Positions 9,785 through 20,100 of a stretch of 64,000 nt of DNA are shown one piece after another; position 1 is the stretch's first letter; the number at the start of each line of letters is the position of its first letter. Source of the DNA: Thermoplasmata archaeon (GTDB taxonomy: Archaea; Thermoplasmatota; Thermoplasmata; Lutacidiplasmatales; UBA184); contig JAJYEA010000002.1 of the NCBI GenBank assembly GCA_021790425.1, positions 36,807 through 100,806 of the forward strand, read 5' to 3'. Position numbers and translations under genes: made by a program. The notes under the pieces were generated by a model, which saw only the letters and a list, made by a program, of their open reading frames with translations, was not told where the DNA came from and searched no databases.

Positions 9785-10476
9785 GGCCCGCGGCGCTCCC
9801 GCGGTTCCCGGTCCTCCCACGACGACTCCCGCTCCATCGGCCGGCCGAAGGAGCGCGCGGGGCGTGCCGACCGGACGGGTCGGGCGTATGCCCGGCGCAC
9901 CTCGAGGGCCCGTTCCCCCTCTCCCTCCCGGTCGAGCGTCCGTCCTGCCAGGCGGATCGCGGTGATCACCACGTTCGAGCGGCCGATCCGGAGCTGGTCG
10001 CCGACCCGGATCGGGTGCTCCGGGTCCATGGTCACGAGGGCGGGGACGGTGACCGACCCCTGCCCGATGGAGACCTTCACGTGCGCGACGTCGCCGGGGA
10101 CGGCCCAGACCGTCCGGACCTCCTTCGCCAACGCCCACGGGGCGCTCGCGGACTTGGTCGTCTCGATCCGGGAGACGATGAGACGGCGCTCGGTCTCCTC
10201 GAGCCGGTCGCCGACCGCCAACCGACGGTCGGGGTCCATGGAGAGCTCGGTCGCCTGAGAGGCCCTTCCCTCGCTGACGACGACCCGGACCGTCAGGCGC
10301 CGGAGGCTCACCTCGAACGGGTGGGTGGTGTGGCATCGGGCGCAGCGCGCCACGCCGGCGGCGTGGGACCCCTCCCGGAACGCGCTCACATGGAGGACCC
10401 GGTGGGTCTCGGTGGTGCCGCACGTGGGGCAGGCCACCACGAGGGAGCGGATGACGGCGGGTGTGGGGGGCGTCAC
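9739..10476 (-). CDS. Zinc-ribbon protein of unknown function. Translationally coupled to top6A through a GTG start.
   Basis: GTG at 10476 overlaps the top6A TGA (GTGA). N-terminal CPTCG...(17)...CARCH zinc ribbon, followed by two beta-rich segments (VGDRL..., VGDQLRIGRSNVVITAIR). The first in-frame ATG would delete the zinc ribbon. Confidence 0.45.
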   Translation of the reverse strand: MTPPTPAVIRSLVVACPTCGTTETHRVLHVSAFREGSHAAGVARCARCHTTHPFEVSLRRLTVRVVVSEGRASQATELSMDPDRRLAVGDRLEETERRLIVSRIETTKSASAPWALAKEVRTVWAVPGDVAHVKVSIGQGSVTVPALVTMDPEHPIRVGDQLRIGRSNVVITAIRLAGRTLDREGEGERALEVRRAYARPVRSARPARSFGRPMERESSWEDREPRERRGPQMRRRSRPPPGNID

Positions 10477-11609
10477 AGGATGCCCATCTCGGTCAGCTTC
10501 TCCGGGAGGTACTTGTCCGTCACGTAATTGAGCCCGTACTTGGCGAGGGACTGTTGCTCGGCCTTCTTCCCGTGCTCGAGCATGAGCTGGATCTCGTTCT
10601 TCCAGAAGACGTCGTGGAAGCGGGGATCGGTGAGCTCCGCGTTGAGCGCCGCGATGTCCTTGTCGTTCAGCTTGTCGCTCGGGAGCTTGTAGTTCATGAT
10701 GTCCGAGGCGGTCACCCCGAGGAACTGCGCGGACGGGGTGGCGAGGTACGGCGACAGGTGCGCCGTCTTGATCGCCCCGTAGGCGACCGAGGCGTAGATG
10801 CGGAAGGACCAGGGGTCGCCGTCCGTGAAGACCACGACCGGGAGATGGAGCTCCTCGTTCAGCCGCTTGAGGAACCGCCGCGTGGACCGGGCCGGCTGGC
10901 CCTTCAGGTGCACGAGCAGGGCATCGTACTTCTCGTCGAACCCGTTCTCGCTCAGGCGGTCCATCATGCCACCGCACTCGATGGCCACGATGAACTTGGC
11001 CCCGGCGGAGCGGAGGGTGATCTTCTCCTTCTCCACGTTGTTGGGGAGCTGATAGCCGCCGTCCCCGACATCGTCCTTGCAATTGATCTTCATCTTGATC
11101 CCCTTGCGGTTGACTTCCTCGAGCGTGAGGTCCCCGATCACGGAAGCCCCGTTCTCCTCGGGGTGGAGACGGAAGTCCTCCCGCAGCTTCCCGCTCAGGA
11201 CCTCGAGGTCCTCCACGAGCAGGTTCGACTCGTCCTCGCTGCCGAACTTGGCCTCCTCCCACTGCTCGGAGATGTAGTAGAGCTCCCGGAGGGTCGACGT
11301 CTTCGTGTCCCGGGCCATCTCGCGGATGAAATCGACGATCCAGAACATCCGGAGGAGCATCATCGCGCCGTCCATCTTCCGCGCCGAGCGCACCCCGCTC
11401 TGCTGGCCGAGCATCCAGACCCCTTCGCGCAGGTTGAAGGCGATGTTCTGCTTCGTGCGGAGCGGGAGCCGCAGGCTGGGGATCTCCCCCGCCGTCAGCT
11501 CGTCGTAGACCTTCTCGGCCAGCGCGAGCGCCTCGCGGAGGGCCTCCTCCTCCTTGCCGGAGGGGGGTTCACTCTTCGTCTTGGACTCCTTGTTTCTTCT
11601 CGGCGGCAT
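10473..11609 (-). CDS. top6A: DNA topoisomerase VI subunit A (Spo11-like)
   Basis: Winged-helix plus Toprim domain; conserved ...FTDGDPWSFRIY..., ...AIECGGM.... Confidence 0.9.
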   Translation of the reverse strand: MPPRRNKESKTKSEPPSGKEEEALREALALAEKVYDELTAGEIPSLRLPLRTKQNIAFNLREGVWMLGQQSGVRSARKMDGAMMLLRMFWIVDFIREMARDTKTSTLRELYYISEQWEEAKFGSEDESNLLVEDLEVLSGKLREDFRLHPEENGASVIGDLTLEEVNRKGIKMKINCKDDVGDGGYQLPNNVEKEKITLRSAGAKFIVAIECGGMMDRLSENGFDEKYDALLVHLKGQPARSTRRFLKRLNEELHLPVVVFTDGDPWSFRIYASVAYGAIKTAHLSPYLATPSAQFLGVTASDIMNYKLPSDKLNDKDIAALNAELTDPRFHDVFWKNEIQLMLEHGKKAEQQSLAKYGLNYVTDKYLPEKLTEMGIL

Positions 11610-13569
11610 CGTAATCCACCTCCTCGGTCGCCTCTTCGGTCTCGGACGCCTTCGCCTGCTGGACGAGCGTCGCGGGGAGGTGCACGTCCCAGTCCCCGGG
11701 GAGCGGGTCGGCCCCGAGCAGGTGGGCCTCGTCTACCCCGGCCACGTAGACCCCCGCGTCCATGAGGTCCACCTTGAGATCGCCCGGCCAGGTGAACTTC
11801 ACCTCCGCCCGCGCGTTCGGGCGGAGGCGGAAGGTCTTCCACGTGGCTCGGCCCTGTTCGGCCTGGACCTCCTCCGGCGGAGGGTCGGCGTGGAACCCGT
11901 CCGCCAGGGCTTCCTCCGGGAGCTCGAGGAACAGTTTGAGCTCCCGATCGCGGGCCGTGAAGTTGGTGAGCACGAGCGAGGTCGAGCCCTGCTCCTCGGT
12001 CCCGACGGGCTCGAGCGCGACCACGTTCATGATGCGCGTGATGACGGGGGTGAGGTCGGGAACGGGCTTGCCGACCAGCGAGCTGGTCTTCTCGGCCAGC
12101 TTCGGGAGGATCTTCCGGACCACCAGGAACTTCTCGGAGGCCGCAGCCCTCCGGGTGCGTCGGGAGACGTGGATCGACAGCTGGCGCGCCACCGCCTGGA
12201 TGGCGAGCACCATCTCCCGGTCGATCTCCTCGGTGTCGGCGAGCGCCTCCTTGGCCTCGGACGTGAAGGGGATCTTGGTCGAAGCCACGTGCACGAGGAG
12301 GAGGACCGGCCCGATCGGGAGCGCCCCCGACTTCTGTTCGAGCCCGTACCGACGCCAGTCGACGTGGGTGACCGCTCCCGTGATCGCGCACCCGCCCTGC
12401 TGGAAGAGGAGCGGGACCCGGTTCGCGAAGCGGAGGAGCTGGATCGGCTCGTCGGCCGGAAGCCCGCCCCCGTAGACCAGCCCCGCCTCCACGACGAACG
12501 GGCACCCGGCATGGACCTTGGCGGGGCGACTGACCGGGATGGCGTAGAACTCCGGTCGGATGTCCCCGAGGACGTTCTTGAGGCCCCGCTTGATGAGCAT
12601 GGGGCCGATGGGGGAGAGGCAGTCCGTGGGCGGAGGGGCGACCGCCGCCAAGTGGAGGGCCTCCAACAGCCGCTCGACGTCCGGCGGAGGAAGACTGGGC
12701 GGGCTCTCCTTGCCGGTGAGGCGGGCGGCCTTGGCCACCTCGTCGGCCGTGCGGGGGAAGATGCCGGAAAGGTCGCCCGTCAGGAACTCCCGCAGCGAGG
12801 TTCGCTTGGAGTTCCGAAGGCGCTGGAGCAGCTCACCGAGCTCCATCCCGTGGGGGTGGGGCGCGATCTCCCGGGGCAGGGGAGGATGCTCGTCCGTGGC
12901 CCGGTCCCACAACGTGCGGGTCCCGTCCGGCTCGACAAGGGTGATCCGGGCGTGGGGGTTCACGATCGCCGTTCCCCGCAGGTACTCGTAGGGGGAGGCG
13001 CGGCCCCGCTGGTAGCGGCCCTTGAGGGTGAGCTCGATCCGGGTCCCCGACTCCCGTTCCCAGAGGAGGGGCTCCTCCTTGAGGACGCGGGCCTGGTTCT
13101 TGGAGGAGTCGATGAGGAGGTCGAGGGAGGCCGCGGTGGTCGCCTCCTTGACCTTGGAGACCACGTGAGCCGGGACGGCCGTCGTCAGCCCCGCGTAGAG
13201 GACGGCCGCCGAGATCCCGATCCCCTGCTGTCCCCGGGCCTGGCGGTTGGCATGGAACCGGCTTCCGTAGAGGAGTCGGCCGAACACGTTGGGGATCTGG
13301 CGGAGCACGATCCCCGGGCCGTTGTCCTGCACCGAGATGCGGAGGCGCTCCTCGCCCACCTTCTCGAGCTGCACGTCGAGCTCGGGGAAGACGCCCGCTT
13401 CCTCGCAAGCGTCCATCGAATTGTCCACCGCCTCCTTCACCGCGGTCAGGACGGCCCGCTGGGGATTGTCGAAACCAAGGACCTGTCGGTTCCGCTCGAA
13501 GAACTCGGCGACGGAAATCTCGCGCTGCTTGGAGGCCAGCTCCTCGGCCAGCGTCCGCTTCTCCGCCAT
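11569..13569 (-). CDS. top6B: DNA topoisomerase VI subunit B (GHKL ATPase)
   Basis: Bergerat fold: EAVDNSMDA (N box), DNGPGI (G1), GQQGIGISA (G2). The start was trimmed to MAEKRTL (13569). Overlaps top6A by 41 nt. Confidence 0.9.
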   Translation of the reverse strand: MAEKRTLAEELASKQREISVAEFFERNRQVLGFDNPQRAVLTAVKEAVDNSMDACEEAGVFPELDVQLEKVGEERLRISVQDNGPGIVLRQIPNVFGRLLYGSRFHANRQARGQQGIGISAAVLYAGLTTAVPAHVVSKVKEATTAASLDLLIDSSKNQARVLKEEPLLWERESGTRIELTLKGRYQRGRASPYEYLRGTAIVNPHARITLVEPDGTRTLWDRATDEHPPLPREIAPHPHGMELGELLQRLRNSKRTSLREFLTGDLSGIFPRTADEVAKAARLTGKESPPSLPPPDVERLLEALHLAAVAPPPTDCLSPIGPMLIKRGLKNVLGDIRPEFYAIPVSRPAKVHAGCPFVVEAGLVYGGGLPADEPIQLLRFANRVPLLFQQGGCAITGAVTHVDWRRYGLEQKSGALPIGPVLLLVHVASTKIPFTSEAKEALADTEEIDREMVLAIQAVARQLSIHVSRRTRRAAASEKFLVVRKILPKLAEKTSSLVGKPVPDLTPVITRIMNVVALEPVGTEEQGSTSLVLTNFTARDRELKLFLELPEEALADGFHADPPPEEVQAEQGRATWKTFRLRPNARAEVKFTWPGDLKVDLMDAGVYVAGVDEAHLLGADPLPGDWDVHLPATLVQQAKASETEEATEEVDYDAAEKKQGVQDEE

Positions 13570-13726
13570 CGCTCCCTCAGGCCGGAGCACGGAGGGATAG
13601 TAATGATTTCGATTCGGAACCCGCGCGCCCACCGGAAGCCCGCGCGCGGGTGGGGAGAGAGCGGCGACCCCTGCCGATACCAAAACGGGAGGGGCCAAAC
13701 GGGCCGGGCGAACGGTGGGAGGCCAA

Positions 13727-13737
13727 CGTTTTTAACC
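13727..13737 (+). promoter_or_regulatory. TATA-like box (cgtttttaacc) about 35 bp upstream of the 13769 ATG
   Basis: AT island in the top6B/13769 divergent intergenic region. Confidence 0.25.
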
Positions 13738-13768
13738 TCCGCGCTCACTCCCCCGGGCAGGTTCATCC

Positions 13769-14434
13769 ATGCCCAAGCGCAGCGAAAAGTCGGGTAGCGT
13801 AGATTCTCTCGATCCAATCACCCCCCAGGTGCTCATCGGGGACGAGGACTTTGTGGCCTCCCTGCGGCACGAGATGGAGAAGGCCCGCCACGAGGCGACG
13901 CAGAAGGTGGACGAGAACCGGCAGCTCCGGGTGGACGTCACCCGCCGGCTCCTGCAGGACTACTGGGAGGTCCACAATCTCTTCGACGAGATCGGGATCC
14001 ACATGACCATCGAGCCCGCGCACACCACCTTCGCGGTCTTCGAGGAGTTCCCCGTCAAGTGGAGCTTCAAGTCGAGCTTCGACTTCGCCTCCCTCCCGGC
14101 CGTCGAGCTCCACGACCGGACCCCGGGCTGGGTCGGCGACACGCTCCGGGCCTTCTACTACACCACCCAGGAGGGCAAGAGCCACCTGCGGATGATCTTC
14201 GAATGGTGCGAGGGCGAGACGTACCAGCGCTACTCGGGCTGGATGCGGATCATCACCCAGGTCGTGCTCTACGACGCCGCCGAGCCCGAGATCAACCTCA
14301 GCACGGTGCACGGCATCCTGAAGGACGTCGTCGTCGCCTGGCACTCCGCGCACCTCGCCCGCAACCGCGAGAAGCTCCTCTCCCACCTCCGGGAGAAGTA
14401 CCCCAAGGGAAGCACCCAGGCCAAGGGCTACTGA
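13769..14434 (+). CDS. Hypothetical protein (221 aa). No recognisable domain.
   Basis: Clean ORF with its own upstream AT box. Non-repetitive sequence with balanced composition (unlike the R/P/G-rich spurious ORFs). Confidence 0.5.
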   Translation: MPKRSEKSGSVDSLDPITPQVLIGDEDFVASLRHEMEKARHEATQKVDENRQLRVDVTRRLLQDYWEVHNLFDEIGIHMTIEPAHTTFAVFEEFPVKWSFKSSFDFASLPAVELHDRTPGWVGDTLRAFYYTTQEGKSHLRMIFEWCEGETYQRYSGWMRIITQVVLYDAAEPEINLSTVHGILKDVVVAWHSAHLARNREKLLSHLREKYPKGSTQAKGY

Positions 14435-15231
14435 ACGGGCGACTCCTTCTCGAGGGGAGAGGGTTCGCGCCGCTCGCGCTTCTCCGTGATGAGCGAGTAG
14501 ACGTAGTCCATCATCTCGTAGAACGCGTCGGACTTCCGGTCCCGGGGCCGGGGCAGCTTGACCGGGACCCCGGCGAGCACCGTCCCGGGCCGGTTCGAGA
14601 TGATGATCAGCCGGTTCGCCATGAGGAGCGCCTCCTCGATGTTGTGGGTCACGAGGATGACCGCGTCCGGGGGCAGGGTCGGCTCGCGCCAGAGCTGGAG
14701 CACCTCGTCGCGGAGGGACTCGGCCGTCAGCGGATCGAGCGCCGAGAAGGGCTCGTCCATCAGGAGGACCGTGGGTTCCATCACGAGCGCACGGGCGAGC
14801 CCCACCCGCTGGCGCATCCCCCCGGAGAGCTCGCGGGGGTAGGCCTCCTCGAACCCGCCGAGCCCCATCACGTTGATGTACCGGTCGACCGCACGCGCGA
14901 TCGCCTCCTCTTCGAGGCCCCGGGCCTCGAGGCCCAGCGCCACGTTCTCGCGGACGTTGAGCCAGGGGTAGAGGGCGAAGCTCTGGAAGACCATCGCCAT
15001 CTCGTGGCTCACCGCCCGGATCGGGTTCCCGCGGAAGCGGATGACCCCCTGGGTGACGGTGTCGAGGCCGTGGATCAGCCTGAGGATGGTGGACTTTCCG
15101 CACCCCGAGGGACCGACCACGGCCAGGAAGTCGTTGTTGTCCACCGAGAAGCTCACGTCACGGAGGATCTCGATCGGGCCGTGCGCCGTGGAGACGCTCT
15201 TGCCGACCCCCTCGAGATCGATCAGTGTCAT
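14428..15231 (-). CDS. ABC transporter ATP-binding protein (NitT/TauT / ThiQ-FbpC-like small ATPase)
   Basis: Walker A GPSGCGKST, signature LSGGMRQR, Walker B LLMDEPFSALD, and the H-loop. Confidence 0.85.
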   Translation of the reverse strand: MTLIDLEGVGKSVSTAHGPIEILRDVSFSVDNNDFLAVVGPSGCGKSTILRLIHGLDTVTQGVIRFRGNPIRAVSHEMAMVFQSFALYPWLNVRENVALGLEARGLEEEAIARAVDRYINVMGLGGFEEAYPRELSGGMRQRVGLARALVMEPTVLLMDEPFSALDPLTAESLRDEVLQLWREPTLPPDAVILVTHNIEEALLMANRLIIISNRPGTVLAGVPVKLPRPRDRKSDAFYEMMDYVYSLITEKRERREPSPLEKESPVQ

Positions 15232-15243
15232 GGTAGCCCCATC

Positions 15244-16911
15244 TCAATCGTAGCGGTACTTCTCTGTGGCCAGACGATAAAGGCGTTTCCATACGACCTT
15301 GTTGACGGCGACCACGGTGACCACGAGCGTCAGCAGCGCCGCGACCATGAGCGCCGTCCCTCCCGCGATTCCCCCGTTGGACACCGGGTATACCCCGATG
15401 TCGATGAGCTCCCCGATGCCCAGGACCTGGATCGAGTGGTGCCCATACCGAAGATACTCTGCGATGATGAGGGTGTTCCAACCTCCCCCCATGGCCGTGA
15501 TGGACCCGGTGACGAACGCGGAGAAGATGCCCGGGAATACAAGCCGGCGGTAGTACTTCCCGCCCTTAAGACCCATGGAGTTGGCGGCCTCCTCCAGATC
15601 GGGGGGGATCGTGCGGAGCCCGGAGAAGATGTTGAAGAAGAGGTACCAGATCATCCCGGTGACGATGACGAAGATGACCGCCGCCTCGGTGCCGATGTAG
15701 TTCCGCAGGTTGAAGAGGAAGAGGGGAAACAGGGCGGTCGCGGGGATGGCCGCAACGACCTGGATCACCGGAAGCCCCCAGGCCCGCGCCCGGGCATGCC
15801 GGAAGAGGAAGACCGCCAGGGGCAGTGCGATCGCCAGGGAGATCAGATAGGCGGCCACGATGCGGACGGCGGAGAGCCCGATCGCGGCGGGGACCAGCTG
15901 TACGTAGGCCATCACCGCGGGGGCGATCGGGTGGGTGTAGACGGAATAGACCGACACCGCGATGGCGATCACGATGAGCCACCCCGCCACGAGGGCCGTC
16001 CCGATGGCGATGTACCGGAGCGTGGCCGATAGGAGCGGGTGCTTGGTTCGGGCGGACCCCTCCTCGGCCCAAGAGGTCCGCGCGCTTCCGTACGAAGGGG
16101 TGGAACCCCGTCGCGCGAACGGAAGCACCACCACCCGAACGACCGAAGCTCCTCGGGCATAGGCCCGGCCCATCACCCCCGTCACCCGGCGGAAGGCGGG
16201 CCCGGAGTCCGCTTCGGTAGAGGCCGAAGGGCTCGTGTCAAAGCGGTAGCGTTCGGCCACCTTCCCTAGCGGGCGCCAGAGGAGCAGGTCGAGGACGGCG
16301 ATCACTCCCACCAGTACGATGACTCCGGACAAGATCTCGTTCCCGTTGTCGTTGCTCGCAGCGATCAGGAGGTAACTCCCGATCCCCGGGAGGGTGGTGG
16401 TGGACACCGCCGTGCTGATGATCTCCGAGGTCACGAGGTAGTACCACCCGGCCGTCCACGAGAGCACCGAGTTGTAGATCAGTCGGTTCGCCATCGCGGG
16501 GAAGAGAAGCTTACGGAACCGGAGCAGTCCCCCGAGACCCACCGAACTCCCCACTTCCGAGAGGTCCGAAGGGAGCGTCTTGATCGATTCATAGACCCCG
16601 AAGGCCATGTTCCAGGACATCGAGGTGAAGATGAGAAAGATCGAGGCGAGGTTGGGCCCAAGGAAGCTCTTGGGTCCCGTCAGGTCGATAAAGATGACGA
16701 TGACCACGGGAAAGAAGCCCAGGATCGGGACGGACTGGAGTATGTCCAGGATCGGGAGGAGGATCTTCTCCGCCACACGGTTGGTGGCGGCGATGTACCC
16801 GTAGATCACGGCGAAGGCGAGGGAGAGCGCGTACGCGAGAACCATCCGGGTGAAGGAGTAGCCCATGTACTGGAGGGCGGTGGGAAGATACGGGAGACCG
16901 ATCGACCACAT
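15244..16911 (-). CDS. ABC transporter permease with duplicated transmembrane domain (fused two-TMD permease, FbpB/ThiP-like architecture)
   Basis: 555 aa. Two BPD_transp-like halves, each with an EAA-like loop (...SMGLKGGKYYRRLVFP...). 12-nt gap to the ATPase gene. Confidence 0.8.
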   Translation of the reverse strand: MWSIGLPYLPTALQYMGYSFTRMVLAYALSLAFAVIYGYIAATNRVAEKILLPILDILQSVPILGFFPVVIVIFIDLTGPKSFLGPNLASIFLIFTSMSWNMAFGVYESIKTLPSDLSEVGSSVGLGGLLRFRKLLFPAMANRLIYNSVLSWTAGWYYLVTSEIISTAVSTTTLPGIGSYLLIAASNDNGNEILSGVIVLVGVIAVLDLLLWRPLGKVAERYRFDTSPSASTEADSGPAFRRVTGVMGRAYARGASVVRVVVLPFARRGSTPSYGSARTSWAEEGSARTKHPLLSATLRYIAIGTALVAGWLIVIAIAVSVYSVYTHPIAPAVMAYVQLVPAAIGLSAVRIVAAYLISLAIALPLAVFLFRHARARAWGLPVIQVVAAIPATALFPLFLFNLRNYIGTEAAVIFVIVTGMIWYLFFNIFSGLRTIPPDLEEAANSMGLKGGKYYRRLVFPGIFSAFVTGSITAMGGGWNTLIIAEYLRYGHHSIQVLGIGELIDIGVYPVSNGGIAGGTALMVAALLTLVVTVVAVNKVVWKRLYRLATEKYRYD

Positions 16912-17100
16912 CCGAGCTCACCCGCTTGCCCTCCCTCCGCTTCGAGGCAGGGCTTCCCTCCCGGAGGGTCGGGACCATAAAGACCTTTGGCGAGGGCGAC
17001 CGAGGGGGGGAGACTATCGCGAGGGTTTCCCTTGAGACTTGCAGTTTGATATAGTGCGACCTCTTCTCACGGGTCTGTCCCAACGGCGGAGAAGGGGGAA

Positions 17101-20100
17101 ATGCAACGCGGTTCGCGACTCGGGAGAACGTACTGGACACTGATTGCGACCGTGGGCCTGGCCCTGCTGATGGGGGTCCCGGGAAACGTCCTGGCGGGCT
17201 CGGGAACCGTTCCGGCCGGTTCACCGATCGGAGGGAGCCCGATGCTTCACGCTGCCTCTGAACACTCCCTCGGCGCGGCGCGGGACCCCTCCTCGCTCCT
17301 CCCGGCCCTGCGCCACCTCCCCGGCACGTTCCAACCGGCCTTCGATGCGCGGGTGTCGACCCCGTCGGTCAGCCCCACCATCGGGGTCAACTACGGCGCG
17401 GCTACCGAGGCGGGGGCACAGAACGAGCCCGGCATCGCGGTGAACCCGACCAATGCCCGGGATATCATCGTCTCGGGGAATGACTACAACACCGCAGCGA
17501 CCGGCGCGGGGGGCGGCTCGTGGGCCAGCGAGTTCACCAGCCTCGACGGGGGACAGACCTGGCAGTATCACCCGGCGGCGATGAACGCCACGTTCGCGGG
17601 CGGGAAACCCTGCTTTGGTGGCGACACGAACGTCTTCTTCGGTCCCGACGGCACGGCCTACTTCGCGGGACTGGGCTATCCGGATGCGCAGACGGGCAGG
17701 TGCAGCGGCACGTCCGGGCCCGCCACGAACGGCGGGCTCTTCGTGGCCCATTCGACGGATGGGGGGCAGACGTGGACGTTCGTCAAGGTGGAGCAGGATT
17801 TCGGTTCCAACTGGGTTGACAAGGAGTGGATGGGCATCAACCCGGCCAACGGGGAGATCTCCATCGACGTGATGAACTACAGCTCGACGGCATTCATCGA
17901 CTACTGGTACTCGACCGACAAGGGATCGACCTGGAACGGACCGATCGTCGTCAATCCGTCCTCGGACCAGAACATGGTGGCGGCCGGGCTCGCGGTGGAC
18001 TATCAGGGGGGCGTCGACATCGTCTGGCAGGGAGGGGCCACGCAAAACTACATCGAGTTCTCGCGGGCCACTGCCCCCGGGAGTGCCTTCTCTGCGGAGA
18101 CGAACCTCGGCTCGATCACCTGCGCCCCTGCCGGGAGCTCGGGCTTCCCCGCCATCGGGGGAGTCCAACGCATGAACTGTTTCCCCCAGATCTTCGCCGA
18201 TGACTCGCCCACGAGCCCTGACCACGGGAACCTCTACATCATCTACACGACAAATGCCACCTCCCTCCAGATCCAGCTCCTCCGGTCGACCAACTACGGG
18301 TCGACGTGGACCCCGCAGGGCTCTGCGATCGCCGTCAACAACGACCCTTCGGACGGGGCCGACCACTGGTGGCCGCAGGGCACCGTGGGAAAGAACGGCA
18401 CCGTCTACGTGGAGTTCCTGGACCGGCGCTACAACACCGGCAACCTCCTGGTCGATGCCACCATGGCCGTCTCCACGGATGGTGGGTTGACCTTCCCAAT
18501 CAACATCCGCCTGTCCTCGGTCAGCGGCAACCCGGACGTCTGGTCGGCGTTCATGGGCGACTACGAGAACACCTTCTGGAGCCCGAACGGGACCTTCGCG
18601 GTCTGGACCGACTTCCGGAACGGGGCCAGCGGAAGCACCAACGAGGACCTCTACGTGGGGCAGCTCATCTGGCTCAATCTCACGGCCAACGTGGCCGGGG
18701 TCACCGCGACGGTGGATGGGAGCTCGGCCTCTCTCCCCCAACGCGAGTTCTGGAACCACGGAACGGTCCACAACATCTCGGTCCCGGCCAGCGTGACGGT
18801 GGGACCCAACACCCTGGCGTTCCAGCACTGGGCGGGGGCGAGCGCCTCCTCGAACCCTTCGCTGTCGAACTTCCCGGCCAACGGGTCGGCGAACCTGGAG
18901 GCGGTCTATGCGGGCTCGGCTCCCCTGATCTCTTCCTTCACCGCCTCCCCCGCCTCCATTCCTTCCGGCGGAACCACCTACCTCAACGTCTCGGCCGCGG
19001 GAGGGCTCGGGCCGCTCACCTACGCCTACTCGGGCCAGCCGGGCGCTTGCCCCAGCGTGAACGCGAGCCATCTCGTCTGCTCAGCGACCGTCACGACGAC
19101 CACGACCTACACGGTCACGGTGAACGTCACGGACTCGGCGTCCCCCCCTCACTCCACCTCGGCGTTGACCTTGTTCACGGTCACCGTGCCGTCCCCGACC
19201 ATCGGCGCGTTCACGGCGGCCCCGGACCCGGTCCTCGTGAGCCACACCACGTATCTCAACGTCACGGCCTCCGGCGGCACGGGGCCGCTGGGATACGCAT
19301 ATGCGGGCCTGCCGACAGGTTGCAATTCGAGCAATCAGTCCAGCCTTCCGTGCGTCCCCTCGGTTCCCGGAACGTACTCGGTCACGGTTTTTGTGAACGA
19401 CAGCCACGGCGTCTCGGCGAACCGAGCGACGTCGGTCACGGTGGATCCGCTCCCATCGATCTCGGCGTTCACGATCTCTCCAGCCCAACTCTTCGTGGGG
19501 GGGACCACGTACCTGAACGTCTCCGCCTCGGGGGGACTGGGCAGTCTCTCGTATGCGTTCTCCGGGCTCCCTTCCGGATGCTTCTCCAGCAGTGCGGCCT
19601 CCCTCCCGTGTGTCCCCTCCGTGGCGGGCCAGTTCACAATCTCCGTCTTCGCGAACGACACGGCCGGAGACTCCGCATCGGCCAACGGGACCCTGTCGGT
19701 GCTGCTCCCGCTCCAGGTCACATTGAGCGCCGTCCCTTCCACCGTGGTGGTGAACCACCCCACCTCCATTTCCCCGGGCATATCGGGCGGGAGCGGCACG
19801 TATTCCTACGTCTACACGGGGCTCCCGGCGGGATGCTCGTCCAGCAACGTCACCCCGCTCCGGTGCGTGCCGACCAACTCGGGCACCTTCGGGGTCAGGG
19901 TCTTCGTGAATGACACGGCTCGGGAGTCCGTCTCGGCGAGCACGACCCTCACGGTCCTGCCGCCCCTGACCCTTTCCTCGTACTTGGCCGCTCCCGCCAC
20001 GGCGACCGTGGGAACCACCGTTGTCTATCTGAACGCGACCGCGAGCGGTGGCGAGGGGCTCCTCAGCTACGTGTACACGGGCCTCCCCTCCGGGTGCGCG

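Noticed and set aside
9739-11262. 507-aa track ORF read as one protein
   Set aside because: It is an artefactual concatenation, in one frame, of sequence antisense or out of frame with top6A plus the downstream zinc-ribbon ORF. Only the part after the top6A stop (GTG 10476) is plausible coding.
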